Assembly: GCA_951406725.2 (NCBI GenBank)
Contig: OX597825.1
Location: 69,192,001-69,256,000, forward strand
Length of the DNA: 64,000 nucleotides
DNA from: Octopus vulgaris
Taxonomy: Eukaryota
Reading direction: 5' to 3'
Shown: in pieces, positions 42,725 through 57,237 of the stretch
Layout of the letters: each line of letters begins with the position of its first letter
Position numbering within the stretch: position 1 is the first letter of the stretch
Translations under genes and position numbers: made by a program
Notes under the pieces: generated by a model
Seen by the model: only the letters and a program-made list of their open reading frames with translations
Told to the model about the DNA's origin: nothing
The model's database searches: none

Positions 42725-43589
42725 TCGCATAAATTTCTGCGCGTGTGCGAGTTCTGCATGCATGCATTTATATATGCAAGAATTTATATATACAAAAATA
42801 GATACAAATGAGCGTATATATACATGAATGCATGTAACTTACAAGAGCTTGAATGCGTATATATATATGTTGATATATGTAAATGTCTATATACATGTGT
42901 AGATACGTATGGGTGTATACGTCTTCACAGATATAAATTCTTCAATTCTTCTACTACTCACCATTGACGTTTCCTTTCAAGCAACTTAAATTATATTCCC
43001 CATTTTCATTCCACCTCAATTTTACTACCCTTAGCTTCTCTCTATACTTTCTATGTCCAGCCCCTTATGCTCTTCCACGACTTACCTCACACTCTTTTAC
43101 TCGTTACAATCTCATCTCTTCCTCTCTCTCTCTCTTTCGTTCATCTCTCCCTTCTTTCTATCATTTTATCTATCATTTTACCTCGGTGGGATTTGAACTT
43201 AAAATATAAAAAGCCATAACAAAATACCACAAGGTATTTTGTCAATAGAACACTTATTTCTTCATTTATTTATTGTATGTCTCCTTTTTTTTTGATTTTT
43301 CTTTCTCTCTTCCTGTTTTTGATTTGACCTTACAAACACATTCACAGCTTTTAAGTCACTTCAAAAAACCCTCGATCGAATAACGCCGTTTACACGACTC
43401 TATGCTTGGAATGACCGATTATAAACACCCTTGGAACTCATACACAAGGTATATCTACACCATTCTACTTAAATAATGGAACTGCAAACACACCCTCCTT
43501 ACGTATCTCACGTCTGTTTTCATTTCTCCACTTTACTCTGTATTTCCTATCTTCTCTATAAAAGCTATTATTTAAACATCTTCTCGTAC

Positions 43590-43639
43590 TGTCTCTGATG
43601 AAGGGATATATAAAATATCCCGCAAACAGCTGTAAGACA
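43590..43639 (+). ncRNA. Type I hammerhead with 1-nt insertion in GAAA
   Basis: TGTCT CTGATGA A GGGATAT ATAAA ATATCCC GCAAA CAGCTG TA AGACA; (TA)n starts ~65 nt downstream. Confidence 0.75.
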
Positions 43640-43700
43640 TTCTCTTTATAAATGTTCTGAAAACTATTCACAGCCTTGGATTTTTTATCTCATTTTGTTA

Positions 43701-43785
<85 letters not shown>

Positions 43786-43940
43786 TGTGTGTATACATAT
43801 ATGCATACTTACGTCATACATATACACATCTACACCCGTACATGCATATATATGTGTGTGTGTATGTGTATATATATATAAGTATATATGTATGTGTATA
43901 TATATGTATATATATATGTGTATGTATGTATATATATTTA

Positions 43941-43984
<44 letters not shown>

Positions 43985-44890
43985 TGTGTGTGTGTGTGCG
44001 CGTATATATATATGTATATATGTATATATATATGTGTGTGTGTATAGGCACTATTAACTTTAAGCTGTGTGCTTCCTACATTGCATATAAATGGAATTTC
44101 TTCTTTTATATTTTTACTGTTATTTTCTTTGTATTTCAATCAATTTAGCAGAAAAGAAATCGTTAAATAGAATAAATCATAATAATTGCTATTCCTCCAG
44201 GTTCGATCTATACATGGAACCTTCTACGACTGCACCATTGTTCACTCCATCCCTTCAACGAAACAGTTATTTAATTACTTTCTAACCCCATTTCTATTTA
44301 TTTCTTTTCCATCTTAATTGTATTATAAATCTTACTTGTAATCCAACGTCACAGATTTGTCGCAAAATACATTCAGAAATATACATACCATGAAGCAAAC
44401 GTCTTTTAGACCAATACTTTCTGTGATTATAATCGAGAATAGAACGATTCCTCAGGAATAGAATGATTATCAGAATGATTTCTTATGAGCTATTTGTTGC
44501 TGCTGTTACTGTTTTTTCCTTCTCGAGCCATGTCTGGTACATAAATGGTCGGTTTGATTGGCGTATGGGTTCCTCACCTGGACAGGGCGCTCAACTGTCG
44601 CAGATGAGCTGCTAATGCAGGAGGAAAGAATAAGAGAAAGTTGTGGCGAAAGAGTCATCAGAAGTTCGCCATTACCTTCTGCCGGAGCCTCGTGGAGCTT
44701 AGATGTTTTGCTCATAAACACACACATCGCCCGATCTGAGATTCGAATCCGCGATCCTGAGTCCGCGAGTCCGCTTCTCTAACCACTAGGCCATGTGCCT
44801 CTACCATGCGCTATTTAGAAATGTTTATTTTATGGCTTGTTAGTTTAAATATTTGTTGTAGTAAATGTTTGTTGCTTAAATATTGTTATA

Positions 44891-45300
44891 GGCGTAGGAG
44901 TGGCTGTGTGGTAAGTAGCTTGTTTACCAACCACATAGTTCCGGGTTCAGTCTCACTGCGTGGCACCTTGGGCAAGTGTCTTCTACCATAGCCACGGGTC
45001 GACCAAAGCTTTGTAAGTGGATTTGGTAGACGGAAACTGAAAGAATCCCGTCGTATATATGTATATATATATGTATGTGTGTGTATATGTTTGTGTGTCT
45101 GTGTTTGTCCCCCTAACATCGCTTGACAACCGATGCTGGCGTGTTTACGTCACCGTAACGTAGCGGTTCGGCAAAAGAAACCGATAGAATAAGTACTAGG
45201 CTTACAAAGAATAAGTCCTGTGGTCGATTTGCTCGACTAAAGGCGGTGCTCCAACATGGCCACAGTCAAATGACTGAAAGAAGTAAAAGAGCAAAAGAGT
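44891..45300 (+). mobile_element. SINE family A
   Basis: Full-length copy. Confidence 0.9.
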
Positions 45301-45847
45301 AGTTATTTTGTATTTGTTTTTAATTTTCGTCGTCTTTTGATTGTCTCTCGGGAGGGTCATCACACCATTGATGAACACACGCTTTTCAACACGCGAGTTC
45401 ATGTCAAGAATTTGGCAAACCAAATACAAATACGATACATCTTTTATCTATTATCTTTTACGTATTTTTTTCAGTCATTAGACTGCGACCATGGTGGAGC
45501 ACCGCCTTGAAGAATTTTAGTTGCACGAATTGACCCCAGTCCTTATAGTTTTAAAGCCTAGTACTTATTCTATTAATTTCTTTTGTCGAACCGCTATGTA
45601 ACAGGTACGTAAACACACCGACAACGTTGTCTAGCGGTGGACGTGGACACACACAGACCCTATGTCCCTCCCCTCCATATATGTACGTCGGGTTTCTTTT
45701 CCATCTACTAAATCCACTCTCAAGGCATTTGTCGACTCGAAGGTGCCATACGGTGGGACTGAACCCGGAGCCTCGTAGTGCCCTAATACTCTCGCAGTTT
45801 ATCGGTCTAATTCCTGAGCTATACGGTCGGTACATCGTTGATATATC

Positions 45848-46080
45848 TGTTTCTTTATTGCCCACAAGGGGCTAAACATAGAGGGGACAAACAATGACAG
45901 ATAAACGGATTAAGTCGATTATATGGACCCCAGTGCGTAACTGGTACTTAATTTATCGACCCCGAAAGGATGGAAGGCAAAGTCGACCTCGGCGGAATTT
46001 GAACTCAGAAGGTAACGACAGACGCAATACCGCTAAGCATTTCGCCCGGTGTGCTAACGTTTCTGGCAGCTCACCACCAG
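45848..46080 (-). mobile_element. SINE family B inserted in the PLE RT catalytic motif
   Basis: 15 bp TSD CATCGTTGATATATC at 45833-45847 and 46083-46097. Confidence 0.9.
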
Positions 46081-46243
46081 CTCATCGTTGATATATCGGC
46101 ACAACTTCACTTCCCAGCAAGCAACTCAACTCCTCCCTTTCTTTATTTCTATCCTTCCACCCCACGCATGAATTCTGCTCCGTCTCCAGCATCGCCGTAA
46201 ACTTCCTCGATATTTCCGTTGCCATCAACTACTACTCTCTTAA

Positions 46244-46743
46244 GCCATTTACTGCCAAATTTCACCTTTGGCTTTGTCAGGTGTCTTAGGAGTTAAAATA
46301 ATATATGGTATTTAAATTTACTTTATATGTGAACTATTTTGGAAATTATCATATTCTTTTCGAAAAGTCCCAAATGGGGATTGCTGAAAAAAGCATATTT
46401 ATCATTTTCTATTCAATTCCAATAATTTTAGTTTTTTTTTTAAACTATAGTATCAAATGCTGATGTGTATGAAATATCAAGGAATGATATAGATGGGAAA
46501 TGCAAAAAAGAAAACATTTTCAAAACAGTCAATATTTTTGTAGTTCAAAAATTGCGATTTATGACAGAAAATGTCCTCTAGAATTAACCAGAACTAATAA
46601 TGACAAACTTTAATTACTAAATATTGTTAAACACACCTCTGCAAATGCAATTAACATAAGCAATTCACTTTAAATACAACGAACAACCAGGAGTGAGTCT
46701 GTTTTTAGAAGATCTCCAAATAGGGATTATGGCAGGCAATGGG
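46244..46743. mobile_element. piggyBac-like MITE inserted in the PLE relic
   Basis: TTAA|GCCATTTACTGCCAAAT ... ATTATGGCAGGCAATGGG|TTCA; imperfect TIR (about 13/18); AT-rich interior. Confidence 0.5.
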
Positions 46744-47608
46744 TTCACGACGCTGAACTATACACCCTTTACTCTCAGTTACTCCGTCTCTGTCGCTCTG
46801 CAGTGGCAACCATGATCCCGAGACACAATCGTAACTCATGGCTCACCACATCCCTCAACGAGGATACACTACCGCTGTTATCCAAACTGGCCTCGCCTGC
46901 TCTCGGTCTATTTATCACCATCCACCCCCTCTCCGCGCGCTCATCCAACTCTCCCGTCTCCCTTTCCCCTTACCAACCATCTCTCCATCCTACCCTCCAA
47001 CGCGCAATTTTACGCACTTTCCGCCAACTCCTATTCACCCCTTTCTCTTCCCACATGTTCCCCAACTTCGTAAGAAAATATAGAGAGTTAGGATGTCTGG
47101 GCAAGAATGCTATGAGACACGGCCTGCGTTTTTCCATCTTTGTTACAATTTAGAGAGAGAGAGTGGGATACAAAGAAGAGAGAGAGAGAAAGAAAGAAAG
47201 AAAGAGAGGGAGAGAGAGAATTCAGTGAGGCGACTCGAAAGAAAGAGAGCGAGAGAGAGGCGACTTGTCCGGACCACTGTTACTCTTTCAGGCCAGATTC
47301 CCGATCTTTCATTGCAATTTTCATATCTTCAACTTGATTCCCAACGTTTGCTACGTGTTGATTGATATAAGTTCCTGGTCTGCCGTACACGCATGTCTCA
47401 CTGTGGTTTCCAGAGGAGAAAATTGCTGGGTACTTTATCATTGCTTCTCCAGCAGTGTCCTGCTTAACCTGCTTTTCTTCCTCGGAATACCGAGGGAATG
47501 GTCGGAAAGCTGTAATGCATTTGCTTGCCAAAAATACTCACTGCTTTGTAGAGTGTTGTTGCTAAAAAAGATTGAGAACTGCATGAAACATTCTTCTTTA
47601 TGTACCCA

Positions 47609-48338
47609 TTTATTTATTGCCCACAAGGGGCTAAACACAGAGGGGAAAAACAAGGACAGACAAACGGATTAAGTCGATTACATCGACCCCAGTGCGTAAC
47701 TGGTATTTAATTTATCGACCCCGAAAGGATGAAAGGCAAAGTCGACCTCGGCGGAATTTAAACCCAGAACATAACGGCAGACGAAATACGGCTACGCATT
47801 TCGCCCGGCGTGCTAACGATTCTGCCAGCTCGCCGCCTTATTTTTCTGTATGTACCTATTTCTTTATTACCCACAAGGGGCTAAACACAGAGGGGACAAA
47901 CAAGGACAGACATAGGTATTAAGTCGATTACATCGACCCCAGTGCGTAACTGGTACTTAATTTATCGACCCCGAAAGGATGAAAGGCAAAGTGGACCTCG
48001 GCGGAATTTGAACTCAGAACGAAACGGCAGACGAAATACGGCTACGCATTTCGCCCGGCGTGCTAACGATTCTGCCAGCTCGCCGCCTTATTTTTCTGTA
48101 TGTACCTATTTCTTTATTACCCACAAGGGGCTAAACACAGAGGGGACAAACAAGGACAGACATAGGTATTAAGTCGATTACATCGAGCCCAGTGCGTAAC
48201 TGGTACTTAATTTATCGACCCCGAAAGGATGAAAGGCAAAGTGGACCTCGGCGGAATTTGAACTCAGAACGTAACGGCAGACGAAATACGGCTACGCATT
48301 TCGCCCGGCGTGCTAACGATTCTGCCAGCTCGCCGCCT
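47609..48338 (-). mobile_element. Three tandem SINE family B copies, 250 bp period
   Basis: Near-identical units (track ORFs start at 47692, 47942, 48192). Confidence 0.95.
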
Positions 48339-49148
48339 TATCCTTCTGTATGTACCGTCAAGCTGTTTCTGAAGTGTCTTGTTCAGATTGAAAAGAGACA
48401 AGAGAGATAAAGAAAGCGTGACATATAGACAGATAAATAGGAAACAGAGAGAATGAGAGAGAGAGAAAGAGAGAAAGAGAGGGGGTAGTATTGTTCACGA
48501 AACTGGATTGGTTCATTATATATAGACACCGAAAATGATAAAAGGTACACATGACTTTGGACGAATTTGAATTCAGATCGTAGAGACCTGGAGAAACGCC
48601 GCAGGGCATACTGTTTGTTGCTCATTTCCAATTCTTATAATAGGAGATTGAGATATAGGAAGAGGAAAGAAATTATTCCCCACCAGTTGTGTTTATCAGG
48701 TATCGGATATTATTGATTATTTATGTCTATAAAATAAAGGGAGATTTCGTGGGAGGGTGTTGGCGAATATATCGACCAACGTTACATCATGAATGTATAG
48801 ACAGTACTTTCAATGTCTATAATGCTGCACGAAGAAGACAGGGCGCTTTTCTATTGCTACACTATTGTAGACAATTATACCGTTCTATTGTTATAGAACA
48901 TGTATGGAGACAGGCAAAAGATGGACTTGTTAGAAATTAATTTTCTCAGCTATTGAATTCTTCTTCAGAATGAAATTAATTTATTATTGTGTCTTCTTGT
49001 GTTGGTTTCAATTATTAATCTAACTGTTGCCAGGCAAGGGCAACGGCTTGAAACCACAGCGTTTGATTTTTCAGACGCATATATATTTTATTGATCTCCC
49101 TTTACCAAATAAATAAATAAAAAAATAAATAAATAACTAGATAAATAA

Positions 49149-49215
<67 letters not shown>

Positions 49216-49546
49216 CTTTAATCTTTTACTTGTTTCAGACATTTGACCTGGGCCATGCTGGAGCACTGCCTTTAGTCGAGCAAATCGACCCCAGGAATTA
49301 TTCTTTGGAAGCCTAGTATTGATTCTCTCGATCTGTTTTGCCGAACCGCTACGTTACGGGGACGTAAGCACACCACCATCGATTGTCAGGCGATGTTGGG
49401 AGACAAACAAAGACACACAAACATATACACACACATACTTATATATATATATATATATACGACGGGCTTCTTTCAGTTTCCGTCTACCAAATCCACTCAA
49501 AAGACTTTGGTCGGTCCGAGGCTATAGTAGAAGACACTTGCCCAAG

Positions 49547-49596
<50 letters not shown>

Positions 49597-49917
49597 GTGT
49601 GTTTTATATCTGTTTCAGTCGTCGAACTACGGTCATGCAGGGGCACCACATTCAAGAATTTTAGTCGAATGCCTCGACCATAGTACTAATTTCCTAAAGC
49701 CCGGTACTTAATTTTTCAGTCTTTTTTACTGAACCACTAAGTGACGGGGACGTAAACACACCAACAGCCGTTGTCAAGAAGACAAAACTCACACACACGC
49801 ACACACACATGCGCGTACACACATGCGCGTACACACATGCGCGTACACACATGCGCGTACACACATCTAAATATATATGTGTATATGTATATATATGTAT
49901 GTGTGTATATATATAAT

Positions 49918-50230
49918 ATAAATTAGAGATAAAACCACTATTATGCAAATCAGTGATAGACATAAATCAAAACATAAATAACAAATAGAAAATATTTTTA
50001 TAAAATACTTATTATATATTGATTATTCGTTTTTATACTTTTTGAGATCTAGTTGTATGTTTTATAAAAATATTTATATTTGTTATTTATGTTTTGGTTT
50101 ATGTCTATAACTGTTTGAGTTGCATAATAGTGGTTATATCTCTAATTTATACTTTATATATTTATATTGCGAAATTTGATTTAATACTAAATTGAACTTT
50201 TCCCTGTAAGTTTGGAGTTATACTTCCTAA
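49918..50230 (+). mobile_element. Fold-back insertion in TA/TG microsatellite
   Basis: ~90 bp inverted arms 49918-50008 / 50058-50150; right arm continues ~80 nt to (TA)n. Confidence 0.6.
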
Positions 50231-50234
50231 TATA

Positions 50235-50277
<43 letters not shown>

Positions 50278-50280
<3 letters not shown>

Positions 50281-50615
50281 AGATAGGAAAATGGAGAAAT
50301 ACATCTAAATCAAATATCAGATAATACTCAATCACATACTTTACCCTACAGTCTCTTATGTGGTGGTTTAATAAAGTATGTGATTGAGTATTATCTGGTA
50401 ATTGATATTTGATTTAGATGTATTTCTCCATTTTCTTATCTTGTATTAGCAATTTGTGGTAAATCATTTTACCTTTGCCCATATAATACAGTAAATGAAT
50501 TGATTGCATCGCAATCCTTAACATTTATGTATTAACTTTGTTGGGTACTTCACTAGCAGCATATTGGATATATGTTACCCCATGGAGGGTTGCATTTACA
50601 ACCCATATCTCAATT

Positions 50616-50618
<3 letters not shown>
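50278..50618 (+). mobile_element. Fold-back insertion in (TA)n
   Basis: ~67 bp inverted arms 50278-50344 / 50373-50445; right arm continues ~170 nt to (TA)n. Confidence 0.65.
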
Positions 50619-50659
<41 letters not shown>

Positions 50660-51044
50660 TATATGTATGTATATATATCTATATATGTATATATGCACAC
50701 GAAAAAAAATTAAAACTAGCGTAATTAATTACTTCTGCATATTTTTCCTGACGTTAATACCACTGAAGCACTTACACACACACATCCACAGACACATGGT
50801 CACACACACATACACACACATATTACTGAAAGAAAGACATTTGAGAATAATGGATGCATAAATATTTTATTTGTATGATATAAAGATGTCTCAATCTTTC
50901 ATAAAAACAATATACATTAATTAGAAATTGTAAAGCTCTAAAAGAATTGGCTGATGCCAAAAACCTACATAAATCTTTGAATTCAACTTAACCTTTCTGA
51001 TAATAAATTTAAGAATAAATTTAATAAATATATATCTTAGAGAG

Positions 51045-51098
<54 letters not shown>

Positions 51099-51210
51099 GT
51101 ATGTATATATATATATATACATATGTATGTATATATATATATACATATGTATGTATAGGTAGTTATTTTGTGTCAATATACGTATGTGAGTATGTGTGTG
51201 TGTACAAATA

Positions 51211-51276
<66 letters not shown>

Positions 51277-51871
51277 GTGTATGATTAATTTCTGGAATGA
51301 AGTTTTATAAATCCAATCAAATCAAATCCAAATAGAAAAGATAAGATGTTAAAAGGGTGTACGATGTTTCTTTATGCATACAACCGTTTCGTGCATAGAT
51401 ATAATTTCACTTTTGAATTTGCAAATATTATTGTACTCATCAGTGCAGAGTAAAAAAAAATAGGAATTTAAAAAAAGAGCAGAGAATTTGGATCTATGAG
51501 TTTCATGTTTATTTGTTCGTATCGGGAGGGCTATTGCCGCCTCCCAACGAAAAATTTGCCCACGCGTCGTTAGTGTTGTTGGGAAAGAATAAAGTCGGAT
51601 ATCTTTTGAACTCACAGCATATGTGTATATAATAACGCATACACTGAATGGAAACAAATATCTTATCGTCCTAGCAATACGACAAGTTACTAGAAAGAAG
51701 ATATAGATAACAAGAAATAAAGCTATTTCGTGAGGTGGCAAACTTTCTAACCACACATATTTGGCGTATACAATCACACACACACATATATATATATATA
51801 TATTATCTATATATATGTATATATATATATATGTATATATATGTATATATGTATATATATGTATATATGTA

Positions 51872-51933
<62 letters not shown>

Positions 51934-52219
51934 TATGTATATATATGTATATATGTATATATATGTATATATATGTATATATATATATATATATGTATAT
52001 GTATATATATGTATGTATATGCATGTATATGTATGTATATGTATATATATGTCTGTATATGTATATATATGTATATATATGTATATATATATGTATATAT
52101 ATGTATATATGCTATATACATATCATACATGCTATATACATATCATATATATGTATATATGCTATATACATATCATACATGTATATATGTTATATACATA
52201 TCATATATGCTATATACAT

Positions 52220-52253
<34 letters not shown>

Positions 52254-52926
52254 CCATACACACATACACATATATGCACACACACAAGTTATGCCTTATA
52301 CCTCTTTCAACTAGTAACAGAAACGGATTAATTAAATATATCTTTTCATATAAAAGCCAAATGTTAATGTAATATATTTTTATGTAGAAGTATGCATTTT
52401 GAGTGCTACATATTCACTTAATAAGTATTAAAAAGGAAGAATATAATTTTCCTACCTAAATAAAAATACTACGATGCACTATATATAATCATTTTGATAC
52501 ATCTTTCATTCTGTGGATCTTACGTGACATACAGACTTTAATGTCACAGAACAGCATCAGAAATATCTAAATAACTTATATATTACATCGTTCTACTATC
52601 TATATATAAAGTGTTTTTTTTTTTAAATTATAATATTGCCAGCAAAAGCAATTATATTTATCTAACTCAAAATATATTAAAAATAATAAGTTAGAATATC
52701 GAAATTAATTTTTCTTTCAAATGCAGACAAGATATATATGTGCATGATATAACAGGCTTTGAACATTCTTGAAAATCAGAAAAAGCAAACAAGAAAAATG
52801 TCTTCGTTTTCTATTTACTTTAATAGTTTACAAACCGTCTTCCGTTTTGCTTATCGTTGAGAAACGATCACGCAACAGCGCTGAGCAAGCACAAACTTTG
52901 CTAGTGCCATCTTTAGTATCTAATTT

Positions 52927-53316
52927 CAGGAGTGGCTGTGTGGTAAGTAGCTTGTGTACCAACCACATGGTTCCGGGTTCAATCCCACTGCGTGGCACCT
53001 TGGGCAAGTGTCTTCTACTATAGCCTCGGGCCAACCAAAGCCTTGTGAGTGGATTTGCTAGACGGAAACTGAAAGAAGCCCGTCGTATATATGTATATAC
53101 ATATATATGTGCGTGTGTGTTTGTGTGTCTGTGTTTGTTCCCCTAGCATTGCTTGACAACCGATGCTGGTGTGTTTACGTCCCCGTCACTTAGCGGTTCG
53201 GCAAAAGAGACCGATAGAATAAGTACTGGCCTTACAAAGTATAATTCCCGGGGTCGATTTCCAGTATGGCCGCAGTCAAATGACTGAAACAAGTAAAAGA
53301 GTAAAGAGTAAAAAGT
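52927..53316 (+). mobile_element. SINE family A
   Basis: Near full-length copy with small deletion. Confidence 0.9.
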
Positions 53317-53637
53317 ATATATATTTTGATTTATTACTGCACTTTTAGTTTTTGTAGTGGAAATTTTTTCTCAAGGGTGTATGTTGTTCTCTTCTCTCAC
53401 GAATATATATGTGCACGTTAGTGCATATATATGAGTATATGTATTTATGTGTGTACGACTGTGTGTGTGTGTGTGTAAATATATATAGATGTATTAATGT
53501 TTGCTTTTATGTTGAGTTATAATGACAATTTTACATTAATCCGAGGGATTATTTACTACTTTTGTAGAGTACATATTTATCACACTTTAACAGGAATAAT
53601 ATAATAGTATGGATTATAACTTCAAAGTCAAGGAGCT

Positions 53638-54027
53638 ACACACAGAGGGGACGAACAAGGACAGATAAACGGATTAAGTCGATTATATCGACCCCAGTAC
53701 ATAACTGGTACTTATTTAATCGACCCCGAAAGGATGAAAGGCAAAGTCGACCTCGGCGGAATTTGAACTCAGAACATAAAGACAGACGAAATACCCATTT
53801 CTTTACTACCCACAAGGGGCTAAACACAGAGAGAATAAACAAGGACAGACAAACGGATTAAGTCGATTATATCGATCCCAGTGCGTAACTGGTACTTATT
53901 TAATCGACCCCGAAAGGATGAAAGGCAAAGTCGACCATGGTGGAATTTGAACTCAGAACGTAAAAACTGACGAAATACCGCTAAGCATTTCGTTCGGCGT
54001 GCTAACATTTCTGCCTGCTCGCCGCCT
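53638..54027 (-). mobile_element. SINE family B partial dimer
   Basis: Same tail-to-internal junction as 23050-23470. Confidence 0.85.
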
Positions 54028-55625
54028 TATACGTGACTGGTGTATATACGTGACTTCGAAGTTTCTGCCCGCTTAGCCTTCATGAGAAGAAACTATGATA
54101 AAATAGCCGCAAAGGGAGATAAATCTAATGGGATTGAGTTTATCTTTCTTTGACACGAATTATTTAAATATACAGCGGCATTTATTTAAGAATACGTGAA
54201 TCGTGGAAATGTATTTTATCGTCGTTCATGTACTTAAAAATTGTTATTAGTATTGTCATTTCTCCTTGTTTCTATAGTACCTGTGTAGCTTGGTTCATGA
54301 TGCAATCCCTCTAGATCTCAAATCATTTGCTAAACCTCGAATAATTGAAATTGAAATTGTAAATTCCATATTAATTTCCCCATAGCAAAATAACAGTGAA
54401 GCCTCTACGAGACCGTTTGATCAGTTAGAAGTAGGAGATAAATTTCCTTTGAATTCGCAACCGTTCCCCGAAAAAGAAAGGGAAGTTCGCATCAGATACA
54501 TTGGCCTGAATGGCTGATAATCATAAGTCTGCTAGGTTATGGCTGACCTGGGGCCCCACAACAACAACAACAACAACAACAACAAAAACATCGCGGACAA
54601 GAAAATGTTATTAATGTGTGTTATCAGATAAAGAATTTTTCTTTCATTTTTAGAGAGATCAACCTGGGAGAATCGTTAGAACGCCAGAGAAAAACGCGTC
54701 TAGTGGAGTTAAAATTCTTCCGGGATCAACATTGCCTTTAATCCTTCCGGGGAAAAAATACTTTGTGATATTTATCCTCGTTTATTGCGTTATGAATTCC
54801 AATTCCGCCGAGAACATCTTTGCCTTTTATCGATTTCCGGGTCGATAAAATAAAATGCTTGTCAAGTCCTGGAGACGATGATGTCTACTAACATTTAGCC
54901 TCAAACCTGTTGGCTTCAATCAGTAATCATTTTCAATGATTAGTTTTAATTTGTAGCAGTTCCATTCACCTTGTCAAGCTGCCTATCTGGCTTCGGCTTT
55001 CCTTGGTGTTCAACTTCAGCGTTTATATTAGTTTCAAATCTTGGCACAAGGCCAGCAATTTCGGGGAAAAGTTTAAGTCAATTACATCGACCTTAGTAAT
55101 AAACTGACCCCCAAAAGGATGAAAGGCAAAGTCGACCGTAGCCTTTAAGTGTTTTGCCCCGTTAGCTAACGATTCTGTCAGCTCACCTTCTTATCTTCAG
55201 TGTTTATGTTAAAATATAGATGAAAGAACTTATCCCACTTCCCTGAACTGAACTCTTATTTCGATACGAGTATTTGAACACACGTCATCCAGTTCACCAG
55301 ATCATTCGACAATTTAACGAAGAACCCACTGTTAATGGACAGCAGAATGTTACATGCACATGTTAAAGGATATATAGAATATACGATTTTTCCCTTTCGA
55401 ACCTGGGAGCCAGATGCGATTTCGCTTTTCTAAACTCATGGAAAACGCTAAAGCAGGAGGCCTCAAAGTTTTGTGTCTGTGGCTCAGTAATTGGCAGAGG
55501 CATCGTTATTGTTCATCGTTAACAAAACAACCAAGTAAACTTAGGCTTTTGCGTTCTCCAAGGTTATAGTCAAACGAAATCGTGCTCGCTAAAGCTTATT
55601 CGCAGGTTCAATATTTTCTAAGTAT

Positions 55626-55859
55626 GTATTTCTTTACTACCCACAAGGAGCTAAACACAGATGGGGACAAACAAGGACAGACAAACGGATTAAGTCGATT
55701 ACATCGACCCCAGTGCGTAACTGGTACTTAATTAATCGACCCCGAAAGGATGAAAGGCAAAGTCGACCTCGGCGGAATTTAAACTCAGAACATAACGGCA
55801 GACGAAATACGGCTACGCATTTCGCCCGGCGTGCTAACGGTTCTGCCAGCTCGCTGCCT
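55626..55859 (-). mobile_element. SINE family B monomer
   Basis: Full copy; flanking AAT(A/G)TTTTCTAAGTAT duplication. Confidence 0.9.
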
Positions 55860-56524
55860 TTTAATGTTTTCTAAGTATTGTAGACAAAACCATTTGAATT
55901 CAGAGAGAAACTTTTTGAAGGCATAGGAAATTAAATTTGTATGCATAGGGGACTATGCCATTTTAAAGCATGGCGGAGAAACCCATTTGAGATCATGGTG
56001 GCTATATAGTGAGTTAAATGTTTAGTGAATGGCACGATTTTTAGTTTTTGGGATTATAGTATTTGAGTGCATGATGCTTTAAACCATTCGACGAAACAAT
56101 TTAACTGGACATATACAACATCAGGGGTAACAACTTGCAGTAAATTATACCAACCTGTTTATACCTACTCAAAGCATAATAGACTGAACCATTCCAATAA
56201 ACTATTTGACCAGTCGTACGTAGCTCCGGTTACATTGCATAATTGGTTCATGTTTATTAGATTCTTCGATTTGTTATCTCTTGGCTATATACCCTGTCTT
56301 TCCAGAGAATACATGTTCTAAAGCAGTAATATTTGAAAGTCGTTAGACTAATCTACACAGACATCAACAAGACTTACACGATTTGTAGAAAACAAATTAC
56401 TTTCTTTTTTCATTCTATAGCTAAAATTCTCTTAATCAGCGCATAGATCTTAGTTTTTTAAATACAAAATTTCTTTCTTTTTATGTTCTATGTTTTAAAA
56501 TCAATTTATATAAATATATGTATA

Positions 56525-56632
<108 letters not shown>

Positions 56633-57237
56633 TGTATGTATGTATGTATGTATATTTTTTTATAATATCGTATTTCTTTGCACTTGGTAAAACTTCTCTT
56701 AATGGCTTCTGTGTGATAATATCAATAATTTACCTTATCGTCACATCGAATATTAAATTCTTTAGTCTCAACATCACTTCGTTTCTCAGTGTTTTTCCTT
56801 CTTTCATTTACATTTAACTTGTATGTATAAATAGTAATAGTCTTTGTATTTACACAGGAAGTGTAAAGTAAAATTGAGATATACTCAGAATGTGATTAGA
56901 GATCGACTGTTATGATTAGAAAATACGTGGTAACTTGATCTGCTAGAGATAGTAACCAAATCTCCCTGAAATCACAACCTACATATCTAAAAAAAAAAAT
57001 ATCTAAAAGTTATAAAAAGGGAGAGACACTTATTAATGCATTCTAAGATATATTATGAGCGGAAATATGTTTCATGGGATCCACAAACACATAACCTTCG
57101 TATAAGTCTCAGGCAGATTGCGCGCGACACAGCACTACTTTCAAATTACGTGTGCAATTCAGAAGCAGATGGAGAGTAAGAGGGAAACAGGGTGTGAATT
57201 GATGGAAATTTAGGTGTTATTTATAATAAAACAAATA

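Larger units (their letters stand above)
45786..47068 (+). pseudogene. Penelope-like element reverse transcriptase/thumb relic interrupted by a SINE and a MITE
   Basis: ILSQFIGLIPELYGRYIVD (catalytic YIDD position) ... SFHPTHEF..VSSIAVNFLDISVAI ... YSQLLRLCR-CS..D..MAHHIPQRGY...VIQTGL ... RLPFPL..LQRAILRTFRQL..SHMFP; stops and frameshifts present. Confidence 0.85.

Noticed and set aside
47609-48338. Regular 250 bp repeats as a CRISPR-like array
   Set aside because: Units are whole SINE copies with no unique spacers; eukaryotic context
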